A stretch of DNA of 64,000 bases from an uncultured virus (IMG/VR IMGVR_UViG_3300048504_000529) (IMGVR_UViG_3300048504_000529); one strand, 5' to 3'. Positions 39,720 to 50,345 are shown, numbered from the stretch's first letter. The notes: generated by a model not told the origin, from the letters alone. Numbers and translations: made by a program.

Positions 39720-39938
39720 TTACTTGTTTTCTTGCGTGACATTTATTATATCCGTTTCCCAATATCTGCACGGAAGATATCCCAAGTCAGATTGTTTCCA
39801 TTTGTCAATTACTTCACGTGGATATCCATTTTCAATTAACCATTCGGTAACATCCTTACCTTCAAGTTCGTTTGGTAGCATCTTTGGAAATCCATATTTC
39901 CATCCTCCATCGGGATCAATCATTGTTACTTTTTTCAT
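39720..39938 (-). CDS. Conserved phage hypothetical protein
   Basis: IDP.GGWKYGFPK, WL...GYP. Confidence 0.7.
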   Translation of the reverse strand: MKKVTMIDPDGGWKYGFPKMLPNELEGKDVTEWLIENGYPREVIDKWKQSDLGYLPCRYWETDIINVTQENK

Positions 39939-39976
39939 TTCCCAATTAAATCAATTTAATAATAACAATGCAAGCA

Positions 39977-40360
39977 TTAATTGGTTGCGAGTTGCTTTAA
40001 CTTATCTATCGTAGAATACGGAAGACTGAAAGCATTCAAAGAATAAAATGAATTCTTTTGACGTTCTGATTGACCAATTGAATCAAAAACAAATTCGTTG
40101 GGATCATCAGACTCACTCATACGAAAACCCACCTTTGCAGTACAAATGTTGTATTGTGCAACTACCGCATTTTCATTATTTTCAATTCTGTCCAAATCAA
40201 TTTCAAGAAGATGCAAATCTTCAACTACTCTGTAACCTTCACGAACTACATAGTTGGCAGCTGCTTGTCTGCTTTTGAAAATAGGAGAAGTAACGTGTGT
40301 TCGTGTTCCCCAAAATTGAACTGCATATGCTTTACGAGTTTTTACTAATTCAAATGTCAT
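39977..40360 (-). CDS. Hypothetical early protein
   Basis: Directly behind a promoter cassette. Confidence 0.7.
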   Translation of the reverse strand: MTFELVKTRKAYAVQFWGTRTHVTSPIFKSRQAAANYVVREGYRVVEDLHLLEIDLDRIENNENAVVAQYNICTAKVGFRMSESDDPNEFVFDSIGQSERQKNSFYSLNAFSLPYSTIDKLKQLATN

Positions 40361-40426
40361 TTTTTCTTGTTCTTGTTTCTCTCTTTCAATACAGATATAC
40401 TACCAAAATTATTATAAAAAGTCAAG
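40361..40426 (-). promoter_or_regulatory. Repeated early promoter cassette
   Basis: TTGACT(40425-40420)-17-TAGTAT(40402-40397) plus GTATTGAAAGAGAG leader. Confidence 0.85.
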
Positions 40427-40442
40427 TCTTATTTGCTTCATA

Positions 40443-40784
40443 TTAATCATTGACCACAAGCAATACCTCATCACCACCATTTTGCTTGTATATGTAGCAT
40501 TCAACATCTCCGTATTCAATGTCATCAATAGATTCTTCTTCTGCTCCTCCAACCATTTCACGAACAATTTTATGCGAGTAAAAAGGATTTTTGTTGCCAA
40601 TGTCATTGGTAGCAATCCAATTTGGAAAGAAACCCGGTGGCAATCCAATAGCAGACGCATCTACGATCAGATGATTAGGATTGCCATCAAATACTTGATG
40701 CTTATCTACATTGTAATCGTAAAGTGTCATATCATTAAACGTTTTCCCACGCATCATTGTTACCAAGTTCAACACCGAGATCAT
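40443..40784 (-). CDS. Hypothetical protein
   Basis: DAS.IGLPPG motif, ends LVVND. Confidence 0.6.
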   Translation of the reverse strand: MISVLNLVTMMRGKTFNDMTLYDYNVDKHQVFDGNPNHLIVDASAIGLPPGFFPNWIATNDIGNKNPFYSHKIVREMVGGAEEESIDDIEYGDVECYIYKQNGGDEVLLVVND

Positions 40785-40965
40785 ATTGCAATCTGTTAAG
40801 ATAATTTCTCAAATTAGCAATTCGTTCCACATTTTCTTCATCTGAAAGATCAAAGTAATTTTCTTGCAATCTCGGTATCGTTTCGTTGCGAATCAAATTT
40901 ATGCTTTCTTGAATATCATAGGCCGTGGCACTTGCCTTCGTTCCGTTGTAGTTTGTTAGTTTCAT
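40735..40965 (-). CDS. Hypothetical protein
   Basis: 76-aa ORF in operon. Confidence 0.55.
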   Translation of the reverse strand: MKLTNYNGTKASATAYDIQESINLIRNETIPRLQENYFDLSDEENVERIANLRNYLNRLQYDLGVELGNNDAWENV

Positions 40966-40967
40966 AA

Positions 40968-41411
40968 TTAAGCTGCTTGAGCAAGTTCTTGGTTATAGAT
41001 GTAAGGTTTTTCCCAATTACCGACCTCAATGTCAAGATAATGAGAGCAATGAAAATAATCGGTCATAATATCGGTATCATTAAAATACCTTTCACCTTTC
41101 ATTTCCACGATAAGTTCATTTAGAAAGTTTGCAACTTCCGAGGAATAACTGCTATCCACGAAATGATTATTTACTGAAATCGAAGTAGGTTTTTCGGTGC
41201 GTAGATTCCATTGTTCGATTCTTCCGGTTTCAACTTTATTGGTATAATTTTCCCAATAATTTCCGAGAATATCCAAATCACCACTTTTTAATCTAACAAC
41301 GATGGTGCTATGATTGTGAATTCCAATTGTTCCTTTGACGTTATACTTTTTAAGAACCTTCTTGATTCCTACTGAGAGTTCCTTTTTGTCTTCTTGTGTT
41401 ATATATGCCAT
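40968..41411 (-). CDS. Conserved phage early protein (LPD29-like motif)
   Basis: MAY..QE.KK, DIMTDYFH, G.WEKPY. Confidence 0.65.
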   Translation of the reverse strand: MAYITQEDKKELSVGIKKVLKKYNVKGTIGIHNHSTIVVRLKSGDLDILGNYWENYTNKVETGRIEQWNLRTEKPTSISVNNHFVDSSYSSEVANFLNELIVEMKGERYFNDTDIMTDYFHCSHYLDIEVGNWEKPYIYNQELAQAA

Positions 41412-41429
41412 TTTAAGTTGTTCTTTCTA

Positions 41430-41639
41430 TTAAGAGTTAAAAGAAATAACACGAAGCAACTCACCCGAGTTGATGTCTTCTTCTGCATGAAGTTCCTTAC
41501 TTCCATCAGAAAGTAGTTCCACGAAGTAATAAGGTTGCTTACCACCGGTCACCCAAGACTGAGTTTCAACCTTAGTAATGATGGCATCACGACCATCAAC
41601 GTTAATATTATCACCGACATTATATTCTGCAATCAACAT
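41430..41639 (-). CDS. Small SH3/KOW-like hypothetical protein
   Basis: YNVGD, ITKV, YFVE pattern; behind a promoter cassette. Confidence 0.55.
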   Translation of the reverse strand: MLIAEYNVGDNINVDGRDAIITKVETQSWVTGGKQPYYFVELLSDGSKELHAEEDINSGELLRVISFNS

Positions 41640-41659
41640 ATTTTTCTCTCCTTTTTTGT

Positions 41660-41726
41660 TTTTTTCTTGTTCTCTTTTCTCACTCTCAATACAAGTATAC
41701 TACCAAAATTATTATAAAAAGTCAAG
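41660..41726 (-). promoter_or_regulatory. Repeated early promoter cassette
   Basis: TTGACT(41725-41720)-17-TAGTAT(41702-41697); leader identical to the 17.8-kb copy. Confidence 0.85.
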
Positions 41727-41931
41727 CATTATTTTGCGAAATCGTGCTTTTATTTGCTTTTATTTTGGTTCTTAATTTGTTTAATTCTTTGAGATTTCCT
41801 GTGATGATAATCAACTGAATATCTGCTTTATCGTAATAATTGCAGGACATTGCAGTTGCGAACTTTTCAGTAGAATCGTGTATAATTTTCTTTAAATTAC
41901 GAATGCGTTGTCTTGCTTGAGTTTTATTCAT
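41722..41931 (-). CDS. Hypothetical protein
   Basis: Stop codon inside the -35 box. Confidence 0.55.
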   Translation of the reverse strand: MNKTQARQRIRNLKKIIHDSTEKFATAMSCNYYDKADIQLIIITGNLKELNKLRTKIKANKSTISQNNA

Positions 41932-42219
41932 TTACTCATCTGATGAATCATCATCATCATCGTCATCACAATCAGGATAAAGTGCTTCATATTCACCTTC
42001 AAGATAAAATAATTCATGAGAAATTGCATTTTCGGAAACATCATCTGCTGATACTCTTATAAAACTTCTCACTGTTTTTTTGCCAATGTTGGTAAAACGA
42101 AAGTTGTTGGTTTTTGCATAATCAGTTATTTCAGTTTCTGTTGCACTTTCCATTAAAACTTCGGAGTCACCTTCTTTGAAGTTTCTACCGGTCCATTGAA
42201 TTAGTTTGAATGTTCTCAT
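41932..42219 (-). CDS. Hypothetical protein with acidic tail
   Basis: ATETEITDYA motif; poly-Asp end. Confidence 0.6.
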   Translation of the reverse strand: MRTFKLIQWTGRNFKEGDSEVLMESATETEITDYAKTNNFRFTNIGKKTVRSFIRVSADDVSENAISHELFYLEGEYEALYPDCDDDDDDDSSDE

Positions 42220-42227
42220 ATTTTTAT

Positions 42228-42431
42228 TTAGTTGGTAACACGAATCGGAATTGCTTCCAAGTTAGCAGTTGTTATTGATTTGAAATATCCACCCACAAGA
42301 TGTGTTGGAACTTGATGCATACTCAGTTTGTTGTCTTGAGCATACTTGACTATTTCAAGCAAAGTACCTCTAATAACAAATGTGTTGTTGTATGCGTTGG
42401 TAGTTTTTCCAAATAAGTTGGATAATTTCAT
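42228..42431 (-). CDS. Small hypothetical protein of the GTxxEIxxYA family
   Basis: GTLLEIVKYA..GGYF. Confidence 0.55.
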   Translation of the reverse strand: MKLSNLFGKTTNAYNNTFVIRGTLLEIVKYAQDNKLSMHQVPTHLVGGYFKSITTANLEAIPIRVTN

Positions 42432-42491
42432 ATTTTGTTTTCTCTCTTTTTTCGTTAATAAAATGTTAAAGAATTGCTTCACCATAATAAG

Positions 42492-42644
42492 TCAAGCATT
42501 ATATTCACGAATATCAATCAAATCTTTGATGTATTCTATTGTCATTAAGTCGTTCATTCCTCGTCCACCATCTCCATTTTCAAGTTCATTCAGAATGCCT
42601 TCTAACTTCTCGGTGGAATAATATTTGAGTTTTGCTATTTCCAT
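42492..42644 (-). CDS. 50-aa hypothetical protein (not in ORF track)
   Basis: Own translation MEIAKLKYY...IREYNA*; stop inside TTGACT. Confidence 0.5.
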   Translation of the reverse strand: MEIAKLKYYSTEKLEGILNELENGDGGRGMNDLMTIEYIKDLIDIREYNA

Positions 42645-42868
42645 TATTTTATTGTTTTATATTTTCGTTGACCACCGTAAAAGTATTCGGTCTGAATGGT
42701 GGAGAAATTCATATCATCGGCAATTCTTAATGCAAGTGATTCTGCTTGTTTGCGAGTGTAACCAAACAAAGCATTGTCGTTTGCGTCATACATAAGTTCT
42801 TTGTTTTCGTTCATAAGAACCCAAGTTGATGAACCGGTCTGCGTAAAATGCTTAATTGTAATTTTCAT
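42644..42868 (-). CDS. Hypothetical early protein
   Basis: Start moved to ATG 42868 after GAGG RBS. Confidence 0.65.
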   Translation of the reverse strand: MKITIKHFTQTGSSTWVLMNENKELMYDANDNALFGYTRKQAESLALRIADDMNFSTIQTEYFYGGQRKYKTIK

Positions 42869-42870
42869 TT

Positions 42871-42926
42871 CCTCTTTTCTCTCTTTCAATACAAATATAC
42901 TACCAAAATTATTATAAAAAGTCAAG
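42871..42926 (-). promoter_or_regulatory. Repeated early promoter cassette
   Basis: TTGACT(42925-42920)-17-TAGTAT(42902-42897). Confidence 0.85.
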
Positions 42927-43188
42927 CACTAAATTCTTCAACATTCTTCAATTCAAGGATTTTTTCCAACTTATGCCACTCGGGTTCTGTGTTCAATTCA
43001 AGCAACCAATCTTTGGTATTTGGTACAGGTTCAAATGTTTCAGACCAATATTCTTGAACAAATCCAAGTGAATCTGCTTCTAAAATTTTAAATATCTTGA
43101 GTAATTTTCCGTGGTTTTCGTTGTTGTATTTTCCACCATGTGCTTTGTGGTTTCTTAATAAAAGTTTCATGCGTGGTTTAGTATCCAT
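42922..43188 (-). CDS. Hypothetical protein
   Basis: Stop codon inside the -35 box. Confidence 0.6.
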   Translation of the reverse strand: MDTKPRMKLLLRNHKAHGGKYNNENHGKLLKIFKILEADSLGFVQEYWSETFEPVPNTKDWLLELNTEPEWHKLEKILELKNVEEFSA

Positions 43189-43487
43189 TCTACGATGTCG
43201 TAATTGCTACGATATGCTTCGGCACTATTGTGTCGTTTAATATACCCACTTGCTCCTTGTATCGTTAGCATAGTAGCAGAACGAGTTGCACCATCAATGC
43301 AGTATCCACCGGTGCGTGTGCTTGACGTGTGATAACTACTGCGAATTTTGGCAGTATATCCATCAATAAACTCGTTGATGATGTTCGCAAGAGTTTTAAG
43401 TCTTGGACATCTCACCGTTTTGTTGGAATTCCATTTTTGGGAATATGCAGATTTTAATTTCTCTAATACTACTTCTCTCTCAAGCAT
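43167..43487 (-). CDS. Hypothetical protein
   Basis: Behind a promoter variant at about 43492-43522. Confidence 0.65.
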   Translation of the reverse strand: MLEREVVLEKLKSAYSQKWNSNKTVRCPRLKTLANIINEFIDGYTAKIRSSYHTSSTRTGGYCIDGATRSATMLTIQGASGYIKRHNSAEAYRSNYDIVEWILNHA

Positions 43488-43518
43488 ACCTATAGTAAAC
43501 CATAGATATTATAAAAAG

Positions 43519-43791
43519 TCAAGCAATAAATGCAGTTTTCTGATTATTCTCTTCTGTTATTTCCACCGATTTTGCAAATCCACGCATCACGCAATGTGGT
43601 TGAGATTTCTGAGTATGAGACTCAATTGGCACATCAATCTTCAAATGATTCACAGGTATACAAGCATTCTTCCAATGCACCGTAAGCACATTGCGACCTT
43701 GTTTACGACTTTCAGGTTTATTGTAGTGAAAAAAGAATCGTTTAGGTTTGCTTTCCATCAACAGGAAACTTCCGTGTGAGTTGATCATCAA
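43519..43791 (-). CDS. Conserved phage hypothetical protein
   Basis: FFFHYNKP, TVH, QP..VMRG. Confidence 0.65.
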   Translation of the reverse strand: MMINSHGSFLLMESKPKRFFFHYNKPESRKQGRNVLTVHWKNACIPVNHLKIDVPIESHTQKSQPHCVMRGFAKSVEITEENNQKTAFIA

Positions 43792-44037
43792 GAAGACGTT
43801 TTATTTTAACAAGGTCTTCATGCTTGAGCATTCTATCCAAAGAATCCTCACGTGGATCGTTTACAATTTTAAGTGCGTTTAATACTTTGGTATATAAATT
43901 CATTATTATATACAATAAAATGAATTTTGTGTTTTGTCAAACCAAGTTTTATATGTTTTATTTAAGTTATATGTGGACTATGGTTATAAATTGTAGTTTC
44001 GATATAAACAAACTCATCTTTCTTATAAAATTTATTT

Positions 44038-46467
44038 TTAAGATGTCTCGTTGGATGTCAATTTTGAATCTTGATGTTGTGCCATGATTGTAAATTGACT
44101 TGTCGTAGAATAATTTGTCTGCCCGTTTTCTCTAAAAAGTATGTCTACTGAATTTTTAGTTAAGTTGTTGTATTCAATTACTAAATTGTCAATCCCACTC
44201 AAATGATCAACACTCACAACAACACTTGGAATTTGACTAAAGAAATTTTCTACAAAGTTTAATCTGATGAATCCAGAATTTATTTCTGTACTCTTGATCC
44301 AGTTTCCACTTGAACTAATAATTTCTCCGTTTGCTGAAATCAATGAACTAACAACAGGAGAATTTCCGACATATGTTGCATTTGAAATATTCAACGAGTT
44401 ATTATCTAAATCTGTTGATGTAAATGTTTCACTTTCAAAATCTACTTCTGTTGTTGGTTGTGGTTCTTCGTCATTTGATAATATAAATGATGCAGAATTT
44501 CCACCTGAATCAGCAAATCCTATACTTGCGTTAATTTGAATTGTTGCACCAGATTTTATAGTGATACCAACTTGCTTGTCAGTATTATCAAGAGTAGAAA
44601 TAGTTGTTTTTGATCCACCACCGGTAAACTCAACTCCACTTCCTACAATTTGCAAATCAACATTTGCTATAATTCTTTGACCGAGATAATTGTATGCTGA
44701 TACTTTTACAAATGAAGAAATCGGACTACCAACATATTCATAATTGCTTTGCTCAGGTTCAATTGATATAGTATTCGGTAAACTGATGGTATGTAACTCA
44801 ACCTCACAACTATACACACCTTTAAAATTTACGGTATAAATTCTTCCCTCTGAATCTACTCCTGCTTGAAGTAATTCACCTTTCATTGTATCAACCTTCA
44901 CAAATTCTTCTTTTGTTTGATTCCAATTATATACCGAGTGATCAGTTCTTGGACCTTTAAAATAAATAAATGTTTTTGGATCATTATTTGGTCTAAGCAA
45001 ACCAACTGTTCCACCACTTTCTTTTATGACTTGAACTAATTCTAGTTCTTTTGATGTATCTTCGTGTAAATTATTTACAATTGAACTTGTATGATTTTTA
45101 ATTTTAAAAACATACATTTTTTGACAAGTTTCGTTTGAAGGTGAAATTACATTATATGCAGTATGGTGTTCAGTTGACATAATAATATAATGATGATTTT
45201 CGTCTTCACTAGAAAAGTATGCACTCATTACTGCAACACGACCTGAGTGGGTTGGACTACCCAACCATAAAATTGGCATATCTTCTCCCCAACTATCAGT
45301 TGTAGCACGTGGTAATTCCAAATTATTTGGATTAGACAATGTACATTTTCTTGCATCAAATGCTGGTAAAGATTCATCATCATCGATACTAAGATTAAAA
45401 CGTATAAATTGAAAATTTTCTTCATCATCAATATATGTTGAATACCATCTTGCAATTTTATGAGTTTTTCTTAAAGAATCTTTTGACGAATTTCTGTAAT
45501 CATGCACAAGAGCAGAACCATGTGATATGTAATTTCCACTTTTTTGAGTAAATGGTTCATTATCCGAAAACACTTCATGTGAAGCACCAACACCTAAATA
45601 ATCTTTAGTTTTTTCATACTCATTTGTTTCTGTATTTTTTTTATACATTTGCAAACGAGGATGATTGGCATGAGATGGATTATCTACTTTCCAATTCTCA
45701 ACACTTGCACTATAACTTTTTGTATCTGTATAAGAACTAAGATTAACTGTAAATTGCACACCTGCCGTTGAATTTGACCACTGAGTCATAGTAACAAATT
45801 TTTCATCGTTTGCTGAAATTAATTGTGAAGTTCTGTTTCCATCGTTAATATGACCAAACCAATTAAAAATTAATGTAGATTTTTCACAATAAAAAATTCT
45901 TTGACCATGATCATTTATTGATGTGTTATTGGGTCTAACAAATCCCCATAAATATGCTTCGTCCTCATGAAAGAAAATTGCTTGGCCATCATAAAACTCA
46001 CTACTACCTGCTCCACTTCTTTTAACAATCTTCATTGTATGACGATTTATTTTGTAAAACCACATTTGAGTAGATGCACCCATTGCCCATATATAAAAGA
46101 AATCAGGTTCGTAAGTAGATTGCCAAACTCTTGTCAATTTATTCTCATTTAATAAATTATATTGACCATTGTTTCCAAAATTAACGGTGGGAGACGGAGG
46201 ACCACTACCCCAAACTCCCGCTGCTCTGGTGCTACTGCCGTTCCTTATACAAGAATTCACACCCCCTAAATAATTGTCCAAGCATAAAAATTCATATTCA
46301 TTATAAATCGATAAATTTTTCCCGAACACAGGACTTAAAGTATCTTTTGTATGAGGCTGACCATTGATCATTATATAATCAGGAGTTTCATAAACCAAAT
46401 ACTCATAATGTCGGTCTGTGAACCAGTGATCACCCATTTTATATCCTTGTATATCTACTATTTTCAT
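44038..46467 (-). CDS. Putative virion/receptor-binding protein, paralogue C, with extra C-terminal fibre-like domain
   Basis: Shared E.PD.I.I.G..H.K..L.PVF start and Y.Y.G..I..VSAY end; beta-rich. Confidence 0.6.
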   Translation of the reverse strand: MKIVDIQGYKMGDHWFTDRHYEYLVYETPDYIMINGQPHTKDTLSPVFGKNLSIYNEYEFLCLDNYLGGVNSCIRNGSSTRAAGVWGSGPPSPTVNFGNNGQYNLLNENKLTRVWQSTYEPDFFYIWAMGASTQMWFYKINRHTMKIVKRSGAGSSEFYDGQAIFFHEDEAYLWGFVRPNNTSINDHGQRIFYCEKSTLIFNWFGHINDGNRTSQLISANDEKFVTMTQWSNSTAGVQFTVNLSSYTDTKSYSASVENWKVDNPSHANHPRLQMYKKNTETNEYEKTKDYLGVGASHEVFSDNEPFTQKSGNYISHGSALVHDYRNSSKDSLRKTHKIARWYSTYIDDEENFQFIRFNLSIDDDESLPAFDARKCTLSNPNNLELPRATTDSWGEDMPILWLGSPTHSGRVAVMSAYFSSEDENHHYIIMSTEHHTAYNVISPSNETCQKMYVFKIKNHTSSIVNNLHEDTSKELELVQVIKESGGTVGLLRPNNDPKTFIYFKGPRTDHSVYNWNQTKEEFVKVDTMKGELLQAGVDSEGRIYTVNFKGVYSCEVELHTISLPNTISIEPEQSNYEYVGSPISSFVKVSAYNYLGQRIIANVDLQIVGSGVEFTGGGSKTTISTLDNTDKQVGITIKSGATIQINASIGFADSGGNSASFILSNDEEPQPTTEVDFESETFTSTDLDNNSLNISNATYVGNSPVVSSLISANGEIISSSGNWIKSTEINSGFIRLNFVENFFSQIPSVVVSVDHLSGIDNLVIEYNNLTKNSVDILFRENGQTNYSTTSQFTIMAQHQDSKLTSNETS

Positions 46468-46476
46468 AATTTATGT

Positions 46477-48411
46477 TTAGTTTAAAGTTGCAGTTATGTC
46501 CAATTCAGTTTGACCTGATATAGTAATTGTTTCCTGCTTCACAGAATCTTTGCTCAAATTGAGTGTCTTGGTTGTATTGTTATTATCAAACTTTGCATTT
46601 TTTCCGTTTATTTTCAAAGTTACATTGTTTAAATCAATTTCAGTTCCTTCATAATTAAAAGCAGAAATTGTAATCTTTGTAGTAATATTTGAACTTATAT
46701 ATTCCAATCTTGTATCTTCCGGTTCAATTACGATTCTTGCCGGATAATCAAGTGCTTCTACATGAATTTCAAAATGACGATCACGATTGTTGTGTATTGT
46801 GTAAAACCTACCAGTTGTATCGGTTGCCATACCTACAAGTCTTCCGTTTACACTTGTTGTTGTTTGAAATTTTTTCAAAGACGGATTCCACGTATAAATG
46901 TCGTGATGTTGTCCATTATTTACAAATGCTATCCACTTCTTGGGATCATAATCAGGACGAAACGATTGATAGCATTTGTGTTCGGTTACATCAATTTTTT
47001 GCACCAATGTCAAATTTAAACTATCTGTTTCGTGCAAGTCATCTACCAAAGCATCATCAAATCCAGAAATCTCAAAAACCCAAGCACGTGTTGCACCTTC
47101 ATGGATGCTATATGCCCCCAAACCATCACTTTGATCACCAGTCAAAATTAAAAAGTGTCTTTTTTGACCATTATGTTCATCATAAAAATATGCTAAATTA
47201 AAGAAATTATATCCACTTGAAGCAGAACTTGCGTATAAGTCTCCATTTTTTCTAAAGTCATTGTAATGAATATTTTCTGTATGTAACCCATTAGTTGATA
47301 TTAAACACAATCTTATATCAAATATAGGTGCATCAATTGCTAGTTCATGCTCATCAATTGGTAGATTTACCCTTAAAATTTGTAAAAAGCCATTTGCATT
47401 AAACATTGGGTAGTACATTCTTGCTACATTATTTTTAACTCTCAATCCATTTGTTGAATCATGGTTGTGAATAATAGCAGGATTCATACTGTGATAAAAT
47501 CCACTTTTTAAATTTAATGTATTTCCATCTGATAAAGGCATTGCTTCATAAATCTGACCTGTTCCTGTAGTGTATCCACCACTTTCCGATGGAATGTATT
47601 GACGAAGCAAGGTATAACCTGCATTATTATTTCCCGAATCACGATACTTATTCCAACCACCAGTACCAAATGTATCAGAAAAGTTAATTTTTCTAATTCC
47701 AAACGCAGGACGACTACCACTAAAATTCCAAGTACTCTGTGAATATACGAAGTAATTATCATCTTTGTATAGCATAGCAAAATTATGTGAATAATAATTG
47801 GTAAATCCACCAGTGATATGGGATGAACCATCTTTGGCTAATTGGAAAAATCTATGTGTATATTGGTTAGTACCCTGCACATCATGAGAAGAATGAAATC
47901 CATACACATACTCTTCATCTTCGTGTAAAAAATATGATTTACAATAATACCAATCAGCATCACGATGATATAAAAATCTTACTCTTTTGTAATTTTCAGT
48001 TTTGTCAATTGCCACAATTCTACCGTGATGCCCATTTGCTTCATGTGAATATTCTATATTTTCTTCGTATGCAGATGGCAATATAGACTTAAAATTTATT
48101 CCACATAAGTTTGATTGACCATGTGATGTTACATGAGTATTTATAGTATAAGGTCCACTGTAGAAATGGTTAGAAGAACTTCCTAAATTATAATCAGTTG
48201 AATAATGAGGAATTGATACATTATTTTCTAAATGACACGAAGATGTATGATAACTATATGATCTGTAATTAGTTGCAAATACAGGTGAAAGTGTTTGTTT
48301 ATCGTGTGCAAATCCATCTATAAAAATGTAATCAGGACCTTCTCTGAGTTTTATATTACAAGTTTGATTTGCTTGATAGTCACTAAATGCGTTGTTTTCC
48401 CAAATTTTCAT
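46477..48411 (-). CDS. Putative virion/receptor-binding protein, paralogue B
   Basis: HEDEEY, KSGFY, ARMY, D..GR motifs shared with neighbours. Confidence 0.6.
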   Translation of the reverse strand: MKIWENNAFSDYQANQTCNIKLREGPDYIFIDGFAHDKQTLSPVFATNYRSYSYHTSSCHLENNVSIPHYSTDYNLGSSSNHFYSGPYTINTHVTSHGQSNLCGINFKSILPSAYEENIEYSHEANGHHGRIVAIDKTENYKRVRFLYHRDADWYYCKSYFLHEDEEYVYGFHSSHDVQGTNQYTHRFFQLAKDGSSHITGGFTNYYSHNFAMLYKDDNYFVYSQSTWNFSGSRPAFGIRKINFSDTFGTGGWNKYRDSGNNNAGYTLLRQYIPSESGGYTTGTGQIYEAMPLSDGNTLNLKSGFYHSMNPAIIHNHDSTNGLRVKNNVARMYYPMFNANGFLQILRVNLPIDEHELAIDAPIFDIRLCLISTNGLHTENIHYNDFRKNGDLYASSASSGYNFFNLAYFYDEHNGQKRHFLILTGDQSDGLGAYSIHEGATRAWVFEISGFDDALVDDLHETDSLNLTLVQKIDVTEHKCYQSFRPDYDPKKWIAFVNNGQHHDIYTWNPSLKKFQTTTSVNGRLVGMATDTTGRFYTIHNNRDRHFEIHVEALDYPARIVIEPEDTRLEYISSNITTKITISAFNYEGTEIDLNNVTLKINGKNAKFDNNNTTKTLNLSKDSVKQETITISGQTELDITATLN

Positions 48412-48413
48412 AT

Positions 48414-50345
48414 TTAAACTCCCGATGTTATAGTTGCACTAATATCAACTGATGTTGGACCTGTGATTTTAATCGGAACAACATTATCATCAGTTGTTAA
48501 CGTTGTAAGTGAAATTGATGTTGAATTATTACTTGAAAATACGATACCAGAACCGATCATATTTAATGTCAAACCAACTGCTACACGATTATCTTCATGA
48601 TCATACGCACTCACAGAAATGTTACTATTGATATCAGTTCCTTGGTAATCGTATGTATCCTTTTCAGTTCTTACTTCAACTCTTCTTGCCAAATCAAGTG
48701 ACTCTAAATGCAATTCACGATTTATTCTTCTTGATGTATTTGGCCATTTTAAAGTCCAAATACGTCCTTGTGAATCTTCACCAATTTCCATTATATCACC
48801 ATATATTCCTTTATTCTTTTCTGTTACAAATTTTTGCGAAGAACGATTCCATTCATAAATTGGATTTTTTGTTCCTGCTAACTGAACCCATACGAATTTT
48901 TTGAAACCAGCAGAATAACCACCTGGATAAAAAACACCCATCGTTCCGTAGTCCTCTGTATTCGTTTGAATTAATTCTAAATCAATTGAAGTTGTTTCAT
49001 TTTTATTATCTGTAAGTGATGAAGCATGGTTTTTTATTCGGAATACATAAAAGGTTGGTGTCATTGTTGGTTTGTTATCCATGTAAACTCCACTACTATC
49101 ACTTATATAAACAAACAAATAACTTTTACCATTATCTTCAAAATAATTTGCACGTATATCACGATAAGCATAAGTAGAATTTCCGTTGTCTAGATGCCCC
49201 TGGTTTACAAATTGTAATAGTGATCCGTCTCCTCCGTTTATCGTTACATTGCATTTTCTTACATCAAATGTGTAATGATCAGCGATATTTTCACCAATTG
49301 GTACATTCACTCTTAAAAATGACAATGGTTCAGTTTCATCACTTTCATCTATGTAAGGCACATAAAAACGAGCAATTTTATGTGTATTTCTTAAAGTAGA
49401 ATCGTTTACTATTCCAATTCCGGCATGAGCATAAAATCCACTTTTTGGTGTAAATAAATTACCATCACTTAAAGTGTAATTTATACGATGATGATTATAA
49501 TTAGAATCATCGTAACCTCCAGCATCATTTGGTATATCAGTTGTTAAAATTCCATAGTTTACATTAGCACCATCTTTTCTGCGATAGTATCCAGTTGCAG
49601 TGGTTTTCGAATCATTAAAGTGTAACTTATTTACTAAAAAACTAGGACGACTACTTGTGTAATTAAATTCCCAATGAAAATTAATTAAATAATCATCATC
49701 TTTGTAAATTACTTGATCTCCGTAATTATATTGTCTGTGTAATCCCCATCTGCTTATTACCAGGTCATCTTTTTTCATGTAAAACATACCGGGATAATTT
49801 GTATGAATATGACACGCATTGTATCCATATAAATATTCTTCATCTTCGTGTATAAAGACTAATCTTCTCCGCGTATCATCATGAGATTTTGCCAACTCAA
49901 TTTCCATTGTATGCCGATTTATTTTGTAGCAGGTTTCCTGATCAGAACCATTATATTCATTGTAATACAAATAATCACCACTTTCCCAAATATTGGTTAA
50001 CTGCCACTTTTTATTATCAGTATTTGCAATTGCATCTACCTGACCATTATTATTCAAATTTAGATAAGTTCTATGCATAGTCGTGTTGTACCAAACTCCA
50101 CTATCACTTTGAGCTTTGTAATTTGTACTACCTTGTGAAAAACCCACTTTTATTTGATTGTGAAGCATCATACCCTCCTGCTGATTCTGAGTGAATTTAA
50201 AATTTCCAAAAACTGGTTTTAAATCTGTTTTGGTATGACCCTGACCATTTATATAAATGGAATCACCAAGTTCTGTGATTGGCATATTATATACCCACAT
50301 TCCTGAATTATTTACCGAGAATTCTCCGTTATCTGCAATCTTCAT
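48414..50345 (-). CDS. Putative virion/receptor-binding protein, paralogue A
   Basis: HEDEEY, KSGFY, THKIARFY, DSQGRI motifs shared with neighbours. Confidence 0.6.
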   Translation of the reverse strand: MKIADNGEFSVNNSGMWVYNMPITELGDSIYINGQGHTKTDLKPVFGNFKFTQNQQEGMMLHNQIKVGFSQGSTNYKAQSDSGVWYNTTMHRTYLNLNNNGQVDAIANTDNKKWQLTNIWESGDYLYYNEYNGSDQETCYKINRHTMEIELAKSHDDTRRRLVFIHEDEEYLYGYNACHIHTNYPGMFYMKKDDLVISRWGLHRQYNYGDQVIYKDDDYLINFHWEFNYTSSRPSFLVNKLHFNDSKTTATGYYRRKDGANVNYGILTTDIPNDAGGYDDSNYNHHRINYTLSDGNLFTPKSGFYAHAGIGIVNDSTLRNTHKIARFYVPYIDESDETEPLSFLRVNVPIGENIADHYTFDVRKCNVTINGGDGSLLQFVNQGHLDNGNSTYAYRDIRANYFEDNGKSYLFVYISDSSGVYMDNKPTMTPTFYVFRIKNHASSLTDNKNETTSIDLELIQTNTEDYGTMGVFYPGGYSAGFKKFVWVQLAGTKNPIYEWNRSSQKFVTEKNKGIYGDIMEIGEDSQGRIWTLKWPNTSRRINRELHLESLDLARRVEVRTEKDTYDYQGTDINSNISVSAYDHEDNRVAVGLTLNMIGSGIVFSSNNSTSISLTTLTTDDNVVPIKITGPTSVDISATITSGV

